Source: Candidatus Dormiibacterota bacterium (GTDB lineage: Bacteria; Chloroflexota; Dormibacteria; Aeolococcales; Aeolococcaceae). Taken from it: 64,000 nucleotides of DNA. The notes below the pieces were generated by a model. It did not search any database, was not told where the DNA came from, and saw only the letters and a program-made list of their open reading frames with translations. Below are positions 10,056-26,441 of the stretch, one piece after another. The position numbers were made by a program, and so were the translations under genes. Each line of letters opens with the position of its first letter. Positions within the stretch are counted from its first letter, which is position 1. The DNA lies in the NCBI GenBank assembly GCA_963718525.1, contig OY970355.1, forward strand, positions 1,888,001 through 1,952,000. Direction: 5' to 3'.

Positions 10056-10901
10056 GTGGTCGGAAGCCTGCTGATCTTTGCCAGAGAGGGAATCGAAGGC
10101 ACGCTGATCTGCTCGATCCTGCTCACCTATCTGGCCTCAGCGGGGCGGCGCGACCTCTTTCGTTATGTGTTCGTGGGTGCGGGTGCGGCCGTCGTCCTGG
10201 CCACGGCCATCGGGATCGTGCTCTGGATCGTCAGCCGGGACGCGTTCATCGGCTCCGCATCCCAGCAGTGGTTCGAGACCGTCGTGTTTGCCGTCGCGGT
10301 CTGCGTCCTCACGTACATGACCTTCTGGATGCGACGGCACAGCCGCAACATGGGACGCGAGCTGCGCGCCCGTGTCTCCGGGGTGGTGAGCGGTGGCTCC
10401 GGGCTCGCCCTTGGCCTGGTCGCGTTCGTGACCGTTGGACGCGAGGCGGTCGAGACGGTGATCTTCCTGCTGGCGATCGCGTACCAGAGCTCGCCGTTGC
10501 AGGTGGTGATCGGCGCCGTGATCGGCTTGGGGATAGCGTTCGCCGCGAGCTTCGCGATGTATCGCGTTGGGCTGCGTCTCAACCTCAAGCGCTTCTTCGC
10601 CATCGTCGGCAGCCTGCTGATGGTGGTCGCCGCCGGCCTGCTCGCCGACGCCGTGCAGAACCTGCAGGAGCTCCGAGTGTTTCCCGGCGCCGCCGCGACC
10701 CTCTGGAACATGAGCGGCACCCTCCCCGACGATGCCGGGATCGGGGACGTGCTCCACGGGCTCGTCGGCTACAGCGCGGCGCCGACCGTGCTCCAGGCGA
10801 TCCTGTGGGTGGTCTTCCTCGCTGTGGGGCTCACCCTCTTCCTGCGGCCGGCGCGGCAGCGCATGTCCGGTCCGCCGTCGGCCCCCGCCGCCGCCGTGTG
10901 A
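10056..10901 (+). CDS. efeU: FTR1/EfeU-family iron permease
   Basis: Two RExxE motifs (REGIE, REAVE), MTFWM and about seven TM segments. Confidence 0.9.
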   Translation: MVGSLLIFAREGIEGTLICSILLTYLASAGRRDLFRYVFVGAGAAVVLATAIGIVLWIVSRDAFIGSASQQWFETVVFAVAVCVLTYMTFWMRRHSRNMGRELRARVSGVVSGGSGLALGLVAFVTVGREAVETVIFLLAIAYQSSPLQVVIGAVIGLGIAFAASFAMYRVGLRLNLKRFFAIVGSLLMVVAAGLLADAVQNLQELRVFPGAAATLWNMSGTLPDDAGIGDVLHGLVGYSAAPTVLQAILWVVFLAVGLTLFLRPARQRMSGPPSAPAAAV

Positions 10902-10928
10902 CAACCCCCCTGATTTCGGGGCTCAGGC

Positions 10929-10958
10929 TTGCACGGCTGGCACTCGGTTAGGTAGAGT
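10929..10958 (+). promoter_or_regulatory. Housekeeping-sigma promoter of groESL
   Basis: TTGCAC (10929-10934), 18-nt spacer, TAGAGT (10953-10958). Confidence 0.7.
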
Positions 10959-10986
10959 GTTAGCAGTCACCCACCAAGAGTGCTAA
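10937..10986. promoter_or_regulatory. Two overlapping CIRCE (HrcA operator) elements
   Basis: CTGGCACTC-N9-GAGTGTTAG (10937-10963) and TTAGCAGTC-N9-GAGTGCTAA (10960-10986), against consensus TTAGCACTC-N9-GAGTGCTAA. Confidence 0.9.
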
Positions 10987-11002
10987 GAACCCAGGAGGTC
11001 CC

Positions 11003-11314
11003 ATGTCCCTCAAGCTGCGCCCCCTCGCCGATCGCGTCGTCGTCAAACCGGTCGAGCGCGAAGAGATGACCAAGAGCGGCATCGTGCTGCCGGACACCAT
11101 CAAGGAGAAGCCCCAGGAGGGCATCATCGAGGCTGCAGGCAACGGCCGTTACAACGAGCAGACAGGCGTTCGCGTCCCGCTCGACGTGAAGGTTGGCGAT
11201 CGCGTGATGTACGCGAAGTACGCCGGCAGCGAGGTCAAGATCGACGATGTCGAGTACCTGATCCTCGGAGAGAAGGACATCCTGGCCGTCGTCGAGAAGA
11301 ACGGCACCAAGTAA
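11003..11314 (+). CDS. groES: Co-chaperonin GroES
   Basis: [27 protein letters not shown] and [17 protein letters not shown]. Confidence 0.98.
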   Translation: MSLKLRPLADRVVVKPVEREEMTKSGIVLPDTIKEKPQEGIIEAAGNGRYNEQTGVRVPLDVKVGDRVMYAKYAGSEVKIDDVEYLILGEKDILAVVEKNGTK

Positions 11315-11320
11315 GCAGCG

Positions 11321-12974
11321 ATGGCAGCCAAGCAGCTTCGCTTCGAGGCGCCCGCGCGCGCCGCGCTCGCACGCGGCGCGGCGATCGTCGCCGACGCCGT
11401 CGCGGTAACACTCGGACCACGCGGTCGCGCCGTGGTGCTGGACAAGAAGTTCGGCCCGCCTCTGATCAGCAATGACGGGGTGACGATCGCGCGTGAGCTC
11501 GAGCTCGAGGATCACTTCGAGAACATGGGCGCGCAGCTGCTCAAGGAAGTGGCGATCAAGACCAACGACATCGCGGGGGACGGCACCACAACGGCCACGG
11601 TGCTGGCCCGGTCGATGCTCGACGAGGGGTTGCGGAACCTCGCGGCGGGTGCTGCACCCAACGACCTGCGCCGCGGCATGATGGCCGCGTCCGACGCCGC
11701 CGTCGAGTTCGATCCGGGCGCGCTCGCACCCGGTCAAGGGCGGCGACGACATCCGTCGCGTGGCGACGATCAGCTCCGGAGACGACGTCATCGGCGCCAT
11801 GATCGCGGACGCCTTCGACAAGGTCGGCAAAGAGGGCGTGGTGTCGGTCGAGGACGGAACCGGGATCGAGACCGAGGTCGATGTCGTCGAGGGCATGCAG
11901 TTCGACCGGGGATACATTTCCGCGTACCTCGTCACCGACGCGCAGCGCATGGAGGCGGTCCTCACCGACGCTCGAGTTCTTGTCACAGATGCCAAGATCT
12001 CATCGGTCAGCGATCTCCTGCCCAGCCTCGAGCTGGTGATGCGTGCGGGCCGCCCGCTGCTCATCGTCGCCGAGGACGTCACGGCTGAAGCCCTGGCCAC
12101 GCTGGTCGTCAACCGCGCCCGGGGGACATTCACCGCGGTGGCGGTCAAGGCTCCCGCATTCGGGGAGCGCCGCGACGCCATCCTCCAGGACATCTCGGTG
12201 CTCACCGGAGCGACGGTCATCAGCGAGAAGACCGGCCTGCGCCTCGACGCCGTGCGTGACGACCAGCTCGGCTCCGCCGCGCGGGTCACCGTCACCAAGG
12301 ATGACACCACCATCGTCAGCGGCGGCGGGTCGAAGGCGGCGATCGAGGCACGCGCCGCCGAGATCCGCCAGCAGATGGAGGAGACGACCTCCGACTGGGA
12401 CCGCGAAAAGCTGCAGGAGCGGCTCGCGCGGCTGACGGGTGGCATCGCGGTGATCAAAGTCGGGGCGGCCACCGAGGTCGAGATGAAAGAGCGCAAGTCC
12501 CGCGTCGAGGATGCGCTCTCCGCAACGCGCGCCGCCATCGAGGAAGGCGTGGTCGTCGGAGGCGGCGTGGCATTGCTGCGCGCGATCCCGGCGGTCCAGG
12601 CGCTCAAGCTCGAGGGAACGGCACGTGTGGGCGCGGACATCGTTGCCCGGGCGCTTCGCGAGCCGCTCCGGATCATTGCCCAGAACGCCGGACTCGAGGG
12701 ACAGGTCGTCGTGAACGAGGTCCTGGAGGCCACGGGCGACCATGGCTTCGATGCAGCGACCGAGACCTACGGCAACCTCATCGAGCGTGGAGTCATCGAT
12801 CCCACCAAGGTCGTCGTCTCGGCGTTGGTCCATGCAACGTCGATCGCCACCATCGTGCTCAGCACCGACGCACTGATCGCGGATGCGCCGGAGCCAGAGC
12901 AGGCCCCCGCGGGCGGTGGCCACTCCCACGGCGGTGGTGGCATGGGCATGGACGACGACGACATGGACTTCTAG
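11321..12974 (+). CDS. groEL: Chaperonin GroEL, apparent +1 frameshift near 11708
   Basis: VTLGPRGR and [10 protein letters not shown] in frame +2; [15 protein letters not shown] and KLQERLA in frame +3. One extra T at GAGTTC 11705-11710. Confidence 0.95.
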
Positions 12975-13088
12975 CCTCGGGCAACCCAGCCTCGGCGCAT
13001 CCCCGGCGGCACGTCCGTGACCTCGACCGGTGTCGTACCGTTGCCATGGTCATGCACCGACCACCACTGACGCCGCCGACCCGCTGAC

Positions 13089-15761
13089 GTGTGCGGGATA
13101 GCGGGCTTCTGGGGGTCGCCCGACAGGGCGCTGCTCGAGGCGATGACCGAGTCGCTCCGGCACCGAGGTCCGGACGATGACGGGCATTTCGAGGATGCGG
13201 TCGCGTCGCTCGGGTTCCGCAGGCTCAGCATCATCGACCTCGCGCACGGCAACCAGCCGATGTCTATGGATGACGGCAAGCTGCAGATCGTCTACAACGG
13301 TGAGGTCTACAACTTTCGCGAGCTCCGGACCGAGTTGGAGGTTGCGGGACACGCCTTCAACACGACGTGCGACACCGAGGTGGTGCTCCACGCGTATGCG
13401 GAGTGGGGAACCGACTGCTTCCGCCGTTTCAACGGCATGTGGGGTCTCGCGATTCTCGACGAGCGTGCATCGGTGCCGAGGATGGTGCTCGCGCGCGACC
13501 ACTTCGGGATCAAGCCCCTCTTCTACGCGCGTCACCACGGCCGGGTCGTCTTCGCGTCGGAGATCAAGGCGATCCTCCAGGACGAGACCTTCCCTCGCGA
13601 GGTCGACGAGCAGCAGATGTACGAATACCTTCGTTTCGGTCTCTTCGACCACAACGACGGAACGTTCTTTCGCGGCATCCGCCAGGTCCCCGCAGCGGCA
13701 TTCGCGGTCATCGAAGGCGGCACGATCTCCGAGTCGGTGTACTGGACCCCGCGGCTGTCCGAGGACGGGGATGCGAGCCCGGAAGCGTTTCGGGCGATCT
13801 TCGAGCGTGCCGTGCAGCGGCGCCTGGTGGCCGATGTTCCCGTCGGCATCTGCCTGAGCGGCGGACTCAACTCGTCATCCATCTGCACGGTGATGGCCCA
13901 GCAACTCCGCGATCACGTTCGCGATACCGAGTCGCTCGGCGACCGCCTCAAGACGTTCTCCGCAGTGTTCCCCGGAGATCGCATCGACGAGAGCGCCTAC
14001 ATCGACAGCGTGCTCGAACTCACCGGCGCGGACAACAGCGCGGTGCAGCCGACCGACCAGGACTTCATCCGCGAGCTCGAAGCGTGGGTCTGGCACATGG
14101 AGGAGCCGATGGTCTCGTCCGCGCCGTTCGCGATGTGGATGGTGATGCGGCTCGCGCGACGCCAGGTCACGGTCACCCTCGACGGTCAGGCCGGGGACGA
14201 GCTGCTCGCCGGCTACGACCACTACCCGTACGTGCTGCTCCGCCAGCTGTTGCGCGACCGTCGCTACGCCGAGTTTGCTCGCGAAGCATGGCTGCTCCGC
14301 GACATCGTCGGGCCACTGGTGCGCAGGCGGCTGCGTGAGCGCGGCCAGCGCGTCGATGTGGCAGGGATGCTGTCGCCATCGTTCACGCGGGGGCGCAAGG
14401 CGCCGGCCGACGACCGGGTGGCCGACGATCTCAAGCGCCGCCTGCTTCAGGACTTCCGCACCTACAGCCTGCCGCCACTGCTCCGCTACGAGGATCGAGC
14501 CTCGATGGCGCATTCACTCGAAGCGCGTTTGCCCTACCTGGACCAGGAGCTCGTGGACTACATCCTCACCCTCCCGCGCAGGGCGATCATCCACAGCGGG
14601 TGGACGCGGGCGATCGTTCGCCAGGCGCTCCACGGGGTCCTGCCGGCGAAGGTCGAGGCGCGCCGCAAGAAGATCGGCTTCACCACACCCGAATTCCGCT
14701 GGTACCGCCGCCAGCGCGCGGTGCTGCAGAGCCTGATGCGCTCACCGTCGTTCCGTGCGCGTCCGTACTGGAAGGCCGCGGCGGTGGCCGAGAACTTCCG
14801 TCGCGCCTGCACCGGCGAGGTCGAGGAATCGATGTTCTTCTGGCGCGCCGTCAACGCCGAGGTGTGGTTGCGCGTCTACATCGACGGCAAGACGAAGGCA
14901 CTGGACAAGCACAGCTATGAGGGCGGGTTCGTCCGTCGCGGTGATCGCGCGGCCGCGCGCAGGCTGGCCGGCGGCGAGGCGCTGCTCGAAGGTGCGCGGC
15001 TCAACTGGGGCCGGCATCTTTTCCTCGAGGACAGGGGGCGCATCTGGGCCCGATTCCCGCTCCGCTCGAGCCTGATCAAGCCCGGCGACGATATCCTCGA
15101 AGCGATCGCCGCCAGCGTCGAGCGGCTGCGCGGCGACGGCGTCGCCATCGAGGACGGCGACGTGCTGCTGGTGAGTGAGAAGGCGCTGGCCATCAGTCAG
15201 GGCCGCTCCTACCCGATCGACGAGATCCCCGTCTCGCGAACGGCGCGCGTGCTCTCCCGGTATGTGAGCCACGAGCCCACCGGGATCGGCCTTTCGCATC
15301 CCACCACCATGCAACTGGCCATCGATGAAGCAGGAGCACCGCGGATTCTCATGGCCGCGATCGCCGCCGCCGCGACCAAGCCACTGGGGATGCGCGGCAT
15401 CTTCTACCGCGTCGCCGGACACGGGGTCAACGCGATCGACGGGCCTTCGTCGCTCAACTTGCCTCCCTACGACAAGTGGGCGACCAAGTCGCCGCTCGAT
15501 CCGTCGGGCGCTGCGCTCGAGATCGCCGCGGACCTGCGCCGCCGCACCGCGCGCCGTGTCGCCGTGGCGATCATCGACGCCAACGACATGGCCGCCGAGG
15601 TGTTCGCATCGGTCGGTGTCGACGCCGAGTCAGTTCTAGCCATGGTTGCCGACAACCCGCTGGGACAGTCGGATGAGCAGACGCCCTTCGGTCTGGTGCG
15701 CCGCGTCGCGCCGGCAGAGGTTGCAGCGCCTGCGCCGGAGCCCGTACCGGTCGGAGCGTGA
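13089..15761 (+). CDS. asnB: Glutamine-hydrolysing asparagine-synthase-family amidotransferase fused to a C-terminal CofE (F420-0:gamma-glutamyl ligase)-like domain
   Basis: MCGIAG N-terminal Cys, HRGPD, RRLSIID, YNGEVYN, LSGGLNSS, DGQAGDEL, EARLPYLD and RKKIGF. The last ~240 aa carry IKPGDD, GDVLLVSEK.LAISQGR, NAIDG, AIIDAND and DNPLGQSDEQTP. Confidence 0.85.
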   Translation: MCGIAGFWGSPDRALLEAMTESLRHRGPDDDGHFEDAVASLGFRRLSIIDLAHGNQPMSMDDGKLQIVYNGEVYNFRELRTELEVAGHAFNTTCDTEVVLHAYAEWGTDCFRRFNGMWGLAILDERASVPRMVLARDHFGIKPLFYARHHGRVVFASEIKAILQDETFPREVDEQQMYEYLRFGLFDHNDGTFFRGIRQVPAAAFAVIEGGTISESVYWTPRLSEDGDASPEAFRAIFERAVQRRLVADVPVGICLSGGLNSSSICTVMAQQLRDHVRDTESLGDRLKTFSAVFPGDRIDESAYIDSVLELTGADNSAVQPTDQDFIRELEAWVWHMEEPMVSSAPFAMWMVMRLARRQVTVTLDGQAGDELLAGYDHYPYVLLRQLLRDRRYAEFAREAWLLRDIVGPLVRRRLRERGQRVDVAGMLSPSFTRGRKAPADDRVADDLKRRLLQDFRTYSLPPLLRYEDRASMAHSLEARLPYLDQELVDYILTLPRRAIIHSGWTRAIVRQALHGVLPAKVEARRKKIGFTTPEFRWYRRQRAVLQSLMRSPSFRARPYWKAAAVAENFRRACTGEVEESMFFWRAVNAEVWLRVYIDGKTKALDKHSYEGGFVRRGDRAAARRLAGGEALLEGARLNWGRHLFLEDRGRIWARFPLRSSLIKPGDDILEAIAASVERLRGDGVAIEDGDVLLVSEKALAISQGRSYPIDEIPVSRTARVLSRYVSHEPTGIGLSHPTTMQLAIDEAGAPRILMAAIAAAATKPLGMRGIFYRVAGHGVNAIDGPSSLNLPPYDKWATKSPLDPSGAALEIAADLRRRTARRVAVAIIDANDMAAEVFASVGVDAESVLAMVADNPLGQSDEQTPFGLVRRVAPAEVAAPAPEPVPVGA

Positions 15762-16888
15762 GCCCGAACGGCGCGGGGGACCCGCTCCGCTGGGCGGAGA
15801 TCGACGTCGCCGCGCTGGCGGGAAATGCCGAGGTGATCGCGACGCTCGTGCGCCCGGCGCAGGTGATGGTCATGGTCAAGTCGAACGGCTACGGGCACGG
15901 TATCACCATCGCGGCACGCGCGGCGCTTGACGGCGGGGCATCGTGGCTCGGGGTCTACACCCCCGACGAGGCGCTCCTGCTCAGAGCGGCTGGGTTCGAC
16001 GCACCCGTGCTGGTCGTGGGCTGGAGCCCGCCCGCGACACTGGATGCGCTGATCGGCGCCGGCGTCGATGTCAGCGTTCTGGACGCCGACGGGCTGCGCG
16101 CGGTGGCCCACGCCGCTGCCGGTCACCGACCTCGCATCCATCTCAAGATCGACACGGGCCTGCATCGCCTCGGCACGCAGCCCGAGAGCGTGGACTCGCT
16201 GACCTCGGCGGTGCGTGACGCGGGCCATCGCGTGGAGGTGGCCGGGATCTTCACCCACTTCGCCGACGCGGGCGAGGACGCGGCGTTCACAGTCACCCAG
16301 CACGGGCGTTTCCTCGAGGCCGTGGCAGCACTTCGGGGGGTGGCGCCGGAGGCGCTGCTGCACACGTCGGGCAGCGCCGCGATCCTGGCGCATCCCGCGA
16401 TGCACCACGACCTGGTGCGTGTCGGTATCGCCTTCTACGGCTACCCGCCGGTCCCTGTTCCGGAATCGCTGAAGCTCGCGATGCACGTGTTCGGCCGCGT
16501 CGCCCAGGTGCGCACCGTCGAGCCCGGCGAGAGCGTCGGCTACGGGCGCACCTGGCGTGCCGCCTCCACGCGCCGGATCGCAACGGTGACGCTCGGCTAC
16601 GGGCAGGGCCTGCCACGGGCGCTCTCCAACCGCGGGCATATCGGCATCCGCGGCAGCCTGTGCCCGATCGTCGGGATCGTGAGCATGGATCAGGTCGGCG
16701 TTGATGTGTCCGACGTCGACGGCGCTGTGGCCGGCGACGCCGCCATGTTCATCGGCGAACGCGACGGAATTCGCATCGGCGCCGACCGAGTGGCCGACCT
16801 CGCGGGCACCCTGCCGCACGAGATTCTCTGCGGCATCTCGGAGGGCATCCCTCGCCATCCTGGGGTCACGCCGGCTGCGCTACCGTGA
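15758..16888 (+). CDS. alr: Alanine racemase
   Basis: VKSNGYGHG (PLP lysine), HLKIDTGLHRLG, FTHFADA, VRVGIAFYG, VGYG and VSMDQ. Confidence 0.95.
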   Translation: MSPNGAGDPLRWAEIDVAALAGNAEVIATLVRPAQVMVMVKSNGYGHGITIAARAALDGGASWLGVYTPDEALLLRAAGFDAPVLVVGWSPPATLDALIGAGVDVSVLDADGLRAVAHAAAGHRPRIHLKIDTGLHRLGTQPESVDSLTSAVRDAGHRVEVAGIFTHFADAGEDAAFTVTQHGRFLEAVAALRGVAPEALLHTSGSAAILAHPAMHHDLVRVGIAFYGYPPVPVPESLKLAMHVFGRVAQVRTVEPGESVGYGRTWRAASTRRIATVTLGYGQGLPRALSNRGHIGIRGSLCPIVGIVSMDQVGVDVSDVDGAVAGDAAMFIGERDGIRIGADRVADLAGTLPHEILCGISEGIPRHPGVTPAALP

Positions 16889-16892
16889 GGGC

Positions 16893-17764
16893 ATGAGCCG
16901 CCCGGTACGCATCGCTGTCGCCCAGTACGAGCCGCGTGTCGGCCAGCTCGAGCACAACCGGTCGCAGGCGGTGCTCTGGGCGACAGCGGCTGCGGACCGG
17001 GGAGCGAACCTGATCGTGCTTCCCGAGCTGGCGTCCAGTGGCTACGTGTTCGGCGATGACGCAGAGGCGCAGCGCGCGGCCGAGGACCCCGACGACGGGC
17101 CGACGGTCCGGGCACTGCGCGAGGTGAGTGCGACGCACGGGTGCTACATCGTTGCAGGCATCAGCGAGCGCGCCGGCGACTGCAGGCACAACAGCGCGGT
17201 GCTCATCGGCGCGTCGGGGCGCATGGCCACGTATCGCAAGCTGCACCTCTATTACGACGAGCAGACGTGGTTCGAACCCGGTGACGACCTGCCGATCGTC
17301 GACCTTCCCTTCGGGCGGGTCGGCATGATCATCTGCTTCGACCTCTGGTTCCCCGAACCCGCCCGGGCCCTCGCGCTCGCCGGTGCGGAGATCATCGCAG
17401 TGCCGACCAACTGGGTCGCGTCGTTCAAGCGCACCGTCTGGGACGAGCGAGGCTACTGCCAGGGTGATTACGTCGCGATGGCGACCGCTGCGCAAAACGG
17501 CGTGGTGATGGCCTGCGCGGACCGCGTGGGGGTTGAACGCGACGTCAACTTCATCGGCGCCTCGATCATCGTCGGGGCTGATGGCTGGCCGGTGTCCGGC
17601 CCCGCGAGCAAGGATGCGGAAGAGTTGCTCCTCGCCGACGTCGACCTCGATTCCGTCGAACAGGCGAGACGGCGCACGCCGCGCAACCATCTGCACGGCG
17701 ACCGGCGACCCGATGCCTATCACGCATCGATGGGGAGCACCGCGCCGGCGACCGAGGCCCGCGC

Positions 17765-17768
<4 letters not shown>
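16893..17768 (+). CDS. Nitrilase/carbon-nitrogen hydrolase family protein
   Basis: Glu-Lys-Cys triad in LPEL, YRKLHL and ICFD.WFPE. Confidence 0.9.
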
Positions 17769-22028
<4,260 letters not shown>

Positions 22029-22045
22029 GCAGCGATACTGAATTC

Positions 22046-24073
22046 GTGACAACCATGGCCACCGCACGGCGCGCGGAGCGCCTCCTGGACGACAAAGCGC
22101 AGCTGCGCGCGCGATTGCGGGCGTCTCCGGACGGTCCGGGCGTCTATGTGATGCGCGGGCCGGACGCGCGGGTCATCTACGTTGGCAAGGCCTCGAACGT
22201 CCGCAACCGTCTGCGCTCGTGGTTCAGCGGCGTCGATGCGCTGCAGCCCCGCACCCATCAGCTGATCGGCACCGTGTTCGATTTCGAGGTGATCGCGTGC
22301 CAGAGCGAGCACGAGGCCCTCGTCCTCGAGAACACGCTCATCAAGCAGCACCGGCCGCGGTTCAACGTGCGCCTGAAGGATGACAAGAGTTATCTCTATC
22401 TCAAGATTCCGCGTCCCGGGGTGCACGACGCGGTCGCACCCGGCACGGCGCGCGAGGAGGTCCGCAAGCCCCGGGGCAAGAGCGCCGAGGGAGCGACGGA
22501 GTTCCCGAGGCCGTACTACACCCGCAAGGTGATCCGCGACGGCGCGCGATATTTCGGGCCGTACACGAGCGCGCAGTCGCTGCGCACCACCGTCCGATCA
22601 CTGCGCACCATCTTTCCGTTCCGAACCTGCAGCGACGAGGTCTTTCGTCGCGGCAGGGTGTGTCTCGACTACCACATCAAACGATGTGCGGGACCCTGTG
22701 AAGGCAGGATCGGCGGTCCGGAGTATGCGGAGCTGCTCGATCAGGTCCAGGAATTCATGGACGGCAAATCCGACACCCTCCACGACGAATTGCGCGATCA
22801 GATGGACGCGGCCGCCGGCAATCGCGACTACGAGCTCGCGGCGCGATTCCGCGACCGTCTGCGTGCGATCGAGCGCATCAGCGAGCGCCAGACCGTGCTT
22901 CGCGGGGCGCGATCCGACGAGGACTGCATCGCCGTCGCCGTCGAGGCCGGGCGTGCGATGGCGGCGGTGCTGAGCATCCGCCAGGGACGCGTCATGGCGA
23001 TGGAGACTCACGAGCTCGAGGGGGTCGCGGGGCTCGATGCCGCCGCCTGCCTCGCTGGTTTCCTTCCTCAGTATTACGCGAACGCGACCTCGATTCCCCG
23101 TCGCGTGCTGGCGTCGGAGGACATCGAGGAACGCCAGGTGCTCGAGGAATTCCTGTCGGCGCAACGCGGTGCTCCCGTGGAGGTGCACGTCCCCAAACGC
23201 GGCGACTCGAGGCGGCTCATCGAGCAGGCCGCAGAGACCGCGCTGGTCGCGCTCCGGCAGCAGCGCATCGTCGACGACTATGACGCCGCGAAAACCGAGG
23301 CGCTGCTGGACGATCTCGCGACCCGGCTGCAGCTCCCGGCTCCCCCCCGGCGGATCGAGTGCTACGACATCAGCAACACCATGGGCACGAACTCCGTGGG
23401 GTCGATGGTGGTGTTCGAGGAGGGCCGTCCGGCGCCTGCGAGCTACCGGCATTTCGGCATCAAGACCGTCGAGGGATCCAACGATTTCGCCTCCATCGAG
23501 GAGACCCTGCGCCGCCGCTTCCGGAGGCTCGGACCTCGCGACGGTGGCCCGGATTCCGACGTTCCGGTGCTGGATCCGGCGGGTGCGAACGGTACGAACG
23601 AGCGGCCGCGGCGTGCACCGCGTGGTGGTGACGATGCGGACATGAGCTTCTCGGTGCTGCCTGACCTGATCCTCATCGACGGCGGCAAGGGCCAGTTGAG
23701 CGCCGCGGTGAAAGCACTTCGGGAGGCAGGTCTCAACCAAGTCCCCGTGTTCGGGCTGGCGAAGCGAAACGAAGAGCTCTACAAACCGGGACGATCGCGG
23801 CCGATCATCATCGAGCGAGACAGCCCAACGCTGTTCCTCGTGCAGCGGGTGCGCGACGAGGCGCATCGTTTTGCGATCACCCGCCATCGAGCACGTCGCG
23901 GACGCGCTGCGCTGCGCTCCAAGCTGGACGTCGTGCCGGGTCTCGGCCCCGTTCGCCGGCGGGCGTTGCTCAGGCAGTTCGGCAGCATCGACGCCATCCG
24001 TGATGCACCGGTGGAGCAGCTCAGCACAGTGGTGCCGAGGCCGGTGGCGCTGCGCGTCAAGGAACTCCTGTGA
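22046..24073 (+). CDS. uvrC: Excinuclease ABC subunit C
   Basis: GIY-YIG (PGVY, IYVGKA), LKDDKSY, IECYDISN, LIDGGKGQ, RDEAHRFA and HhH. Start may be GTG 22046, ATG 22055 or CTG 22025. Confidence 0.96.
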   Translation: MTTMATARRAERLLDDKAQLRARLRASPDGPGVYVMRGPDARVIYVGKASNVRNRLRSWFSGVDALQPRTHQLIGTVFDFEVIACQSEHEALVLENTLIKQHRPRFNVRLKDDKSYLYLKIPRPGVHDAVAPGTAREEVRKPRGKSAEGATEFPRPYYTRKVIRDGARYFGPYTSAQSLRTTVRSLRTIFPFRTCSDEVFRRGRVCLDYHIKRCAGPCEGRIGGPEYAELLDQVQEFMDGKSDTLHDELRDQMDAAAGNRDYELAARFRDRLRAIERISERQTVLRGARSDEDCIAVAVEAGRAMAAVLSIRQGRVMAMETHELEGVAGLDAAACLAGFLPQYYANATSIPRRVLASEDIEERQVLEEFLSAQRGAPVEVHVPKRGDSRRLIEQAAETALVALRQQRIVDDYDAAKTEALLDDLATRLQLPAPPRRIECYDISNTMGTNSVGSMVVFEEGRPAPASYRHFGIKTVEGSNDFASIEETLRRRFRRLGPRDGGPDSDVPVLDPAGANGTNERPRRAPRGGDDADMSFSVLPDLILIDGGKGQLSAAVKALREAGLNQVPVFGLAKRNEELYKPGRSRPIIIERDSPTLFLVQRVRDEAHRFAITRHRARRGRAALRSKLDVVPGLGPVRRRALLRQFGSIDAIRDAPVEQLSTVVPRPVALRVKELL

Positions 24074-24480
24074 GCGAAGCGGAATCCGCGGGAGACGTCG
24101 CTGTCGCGATGATGTCGTTCGGCTTCAAGTTCGGTCTGCCTCCTGACGCCGGCTGGGTCCTGGACGCGCGCATGGTGCGCAACCCCTTCTGGGTCCCCGC
24201 GTTGCGCTCGTACACCGGGCTCGATGCCGCAGTTCGTGACTACGTCCTCGAGGATGCCGTGGCGCACGAGCTCATCGAGCGCGCCCATGCGCTTGTGCTG
24301 TGGACGGCTCAGCGGTCTGCGGAACGCAGCCGGGACCACCTGAGCTTCGCCGTCGGTTGCACCGGAGGCCGGCATCGATCGGTGGCCATCGTCGAGGCGC
24401 TCGCGGGCAGGTTGCGGGATGACGGGCTGGGCGTTGCCGTGACCCACCGCGATGTCGACGTCCCGGATCCTCGCCTGTGA
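24070..24480 (+). CDS. rapZ: Stand-alone RapZ/YvcJ C-terminal domain protein
   Basis: SFGFKFG, DAR..RNPFW, GCTGGRHRSV and HRD. Only 136 aa, with no P-loop domain. Confidence 0.8.
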   Translation: MSEAESAGDVAVAMMSFGFKFGLPPDAGWVLDARMVRNPFWVPALRSYTGLDAAVRDYVLEDAVAHELIERAHALVLWTAQRSAERSRDHLSFAVGCTGGRHRSVAIVEALAGRLRDDGLGVAVTHRDVDVPDPRL

Positions 24481-24526
24481 CCACCTCCGCGTGATGCACG
24501 AGCGCAAGACCCACGAGCGCAAGGCA

Positions 24527-26432
<1,906 letters not shown>

Positions 26433-26441
26433 GCGCCTTCG

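Noticed and set aside
10967-12733. Long antisense ORFs (588 aa here; also 28284-30059 and 20858-22426)
   Set aside because: These are shadow frames of GC3-rich genes and carry no recognisable motifs.
11321-12974. groEL, tsaB, the ferredoxin and GT-C genes as true pseudogenes or programmed frameshifts
   Set aside because: Each break is a single-base insertion at the same pentamer, with no other decay and no slippery sequence. Sequencing artefact is more parsimonious.
13861-13881. Catalytically dead AsnB (SGGLNSS in place of SGGLDSS)
   Set aside because: The change falls on the error-prone GACTC motif and cannot be trusted without accurate reads.
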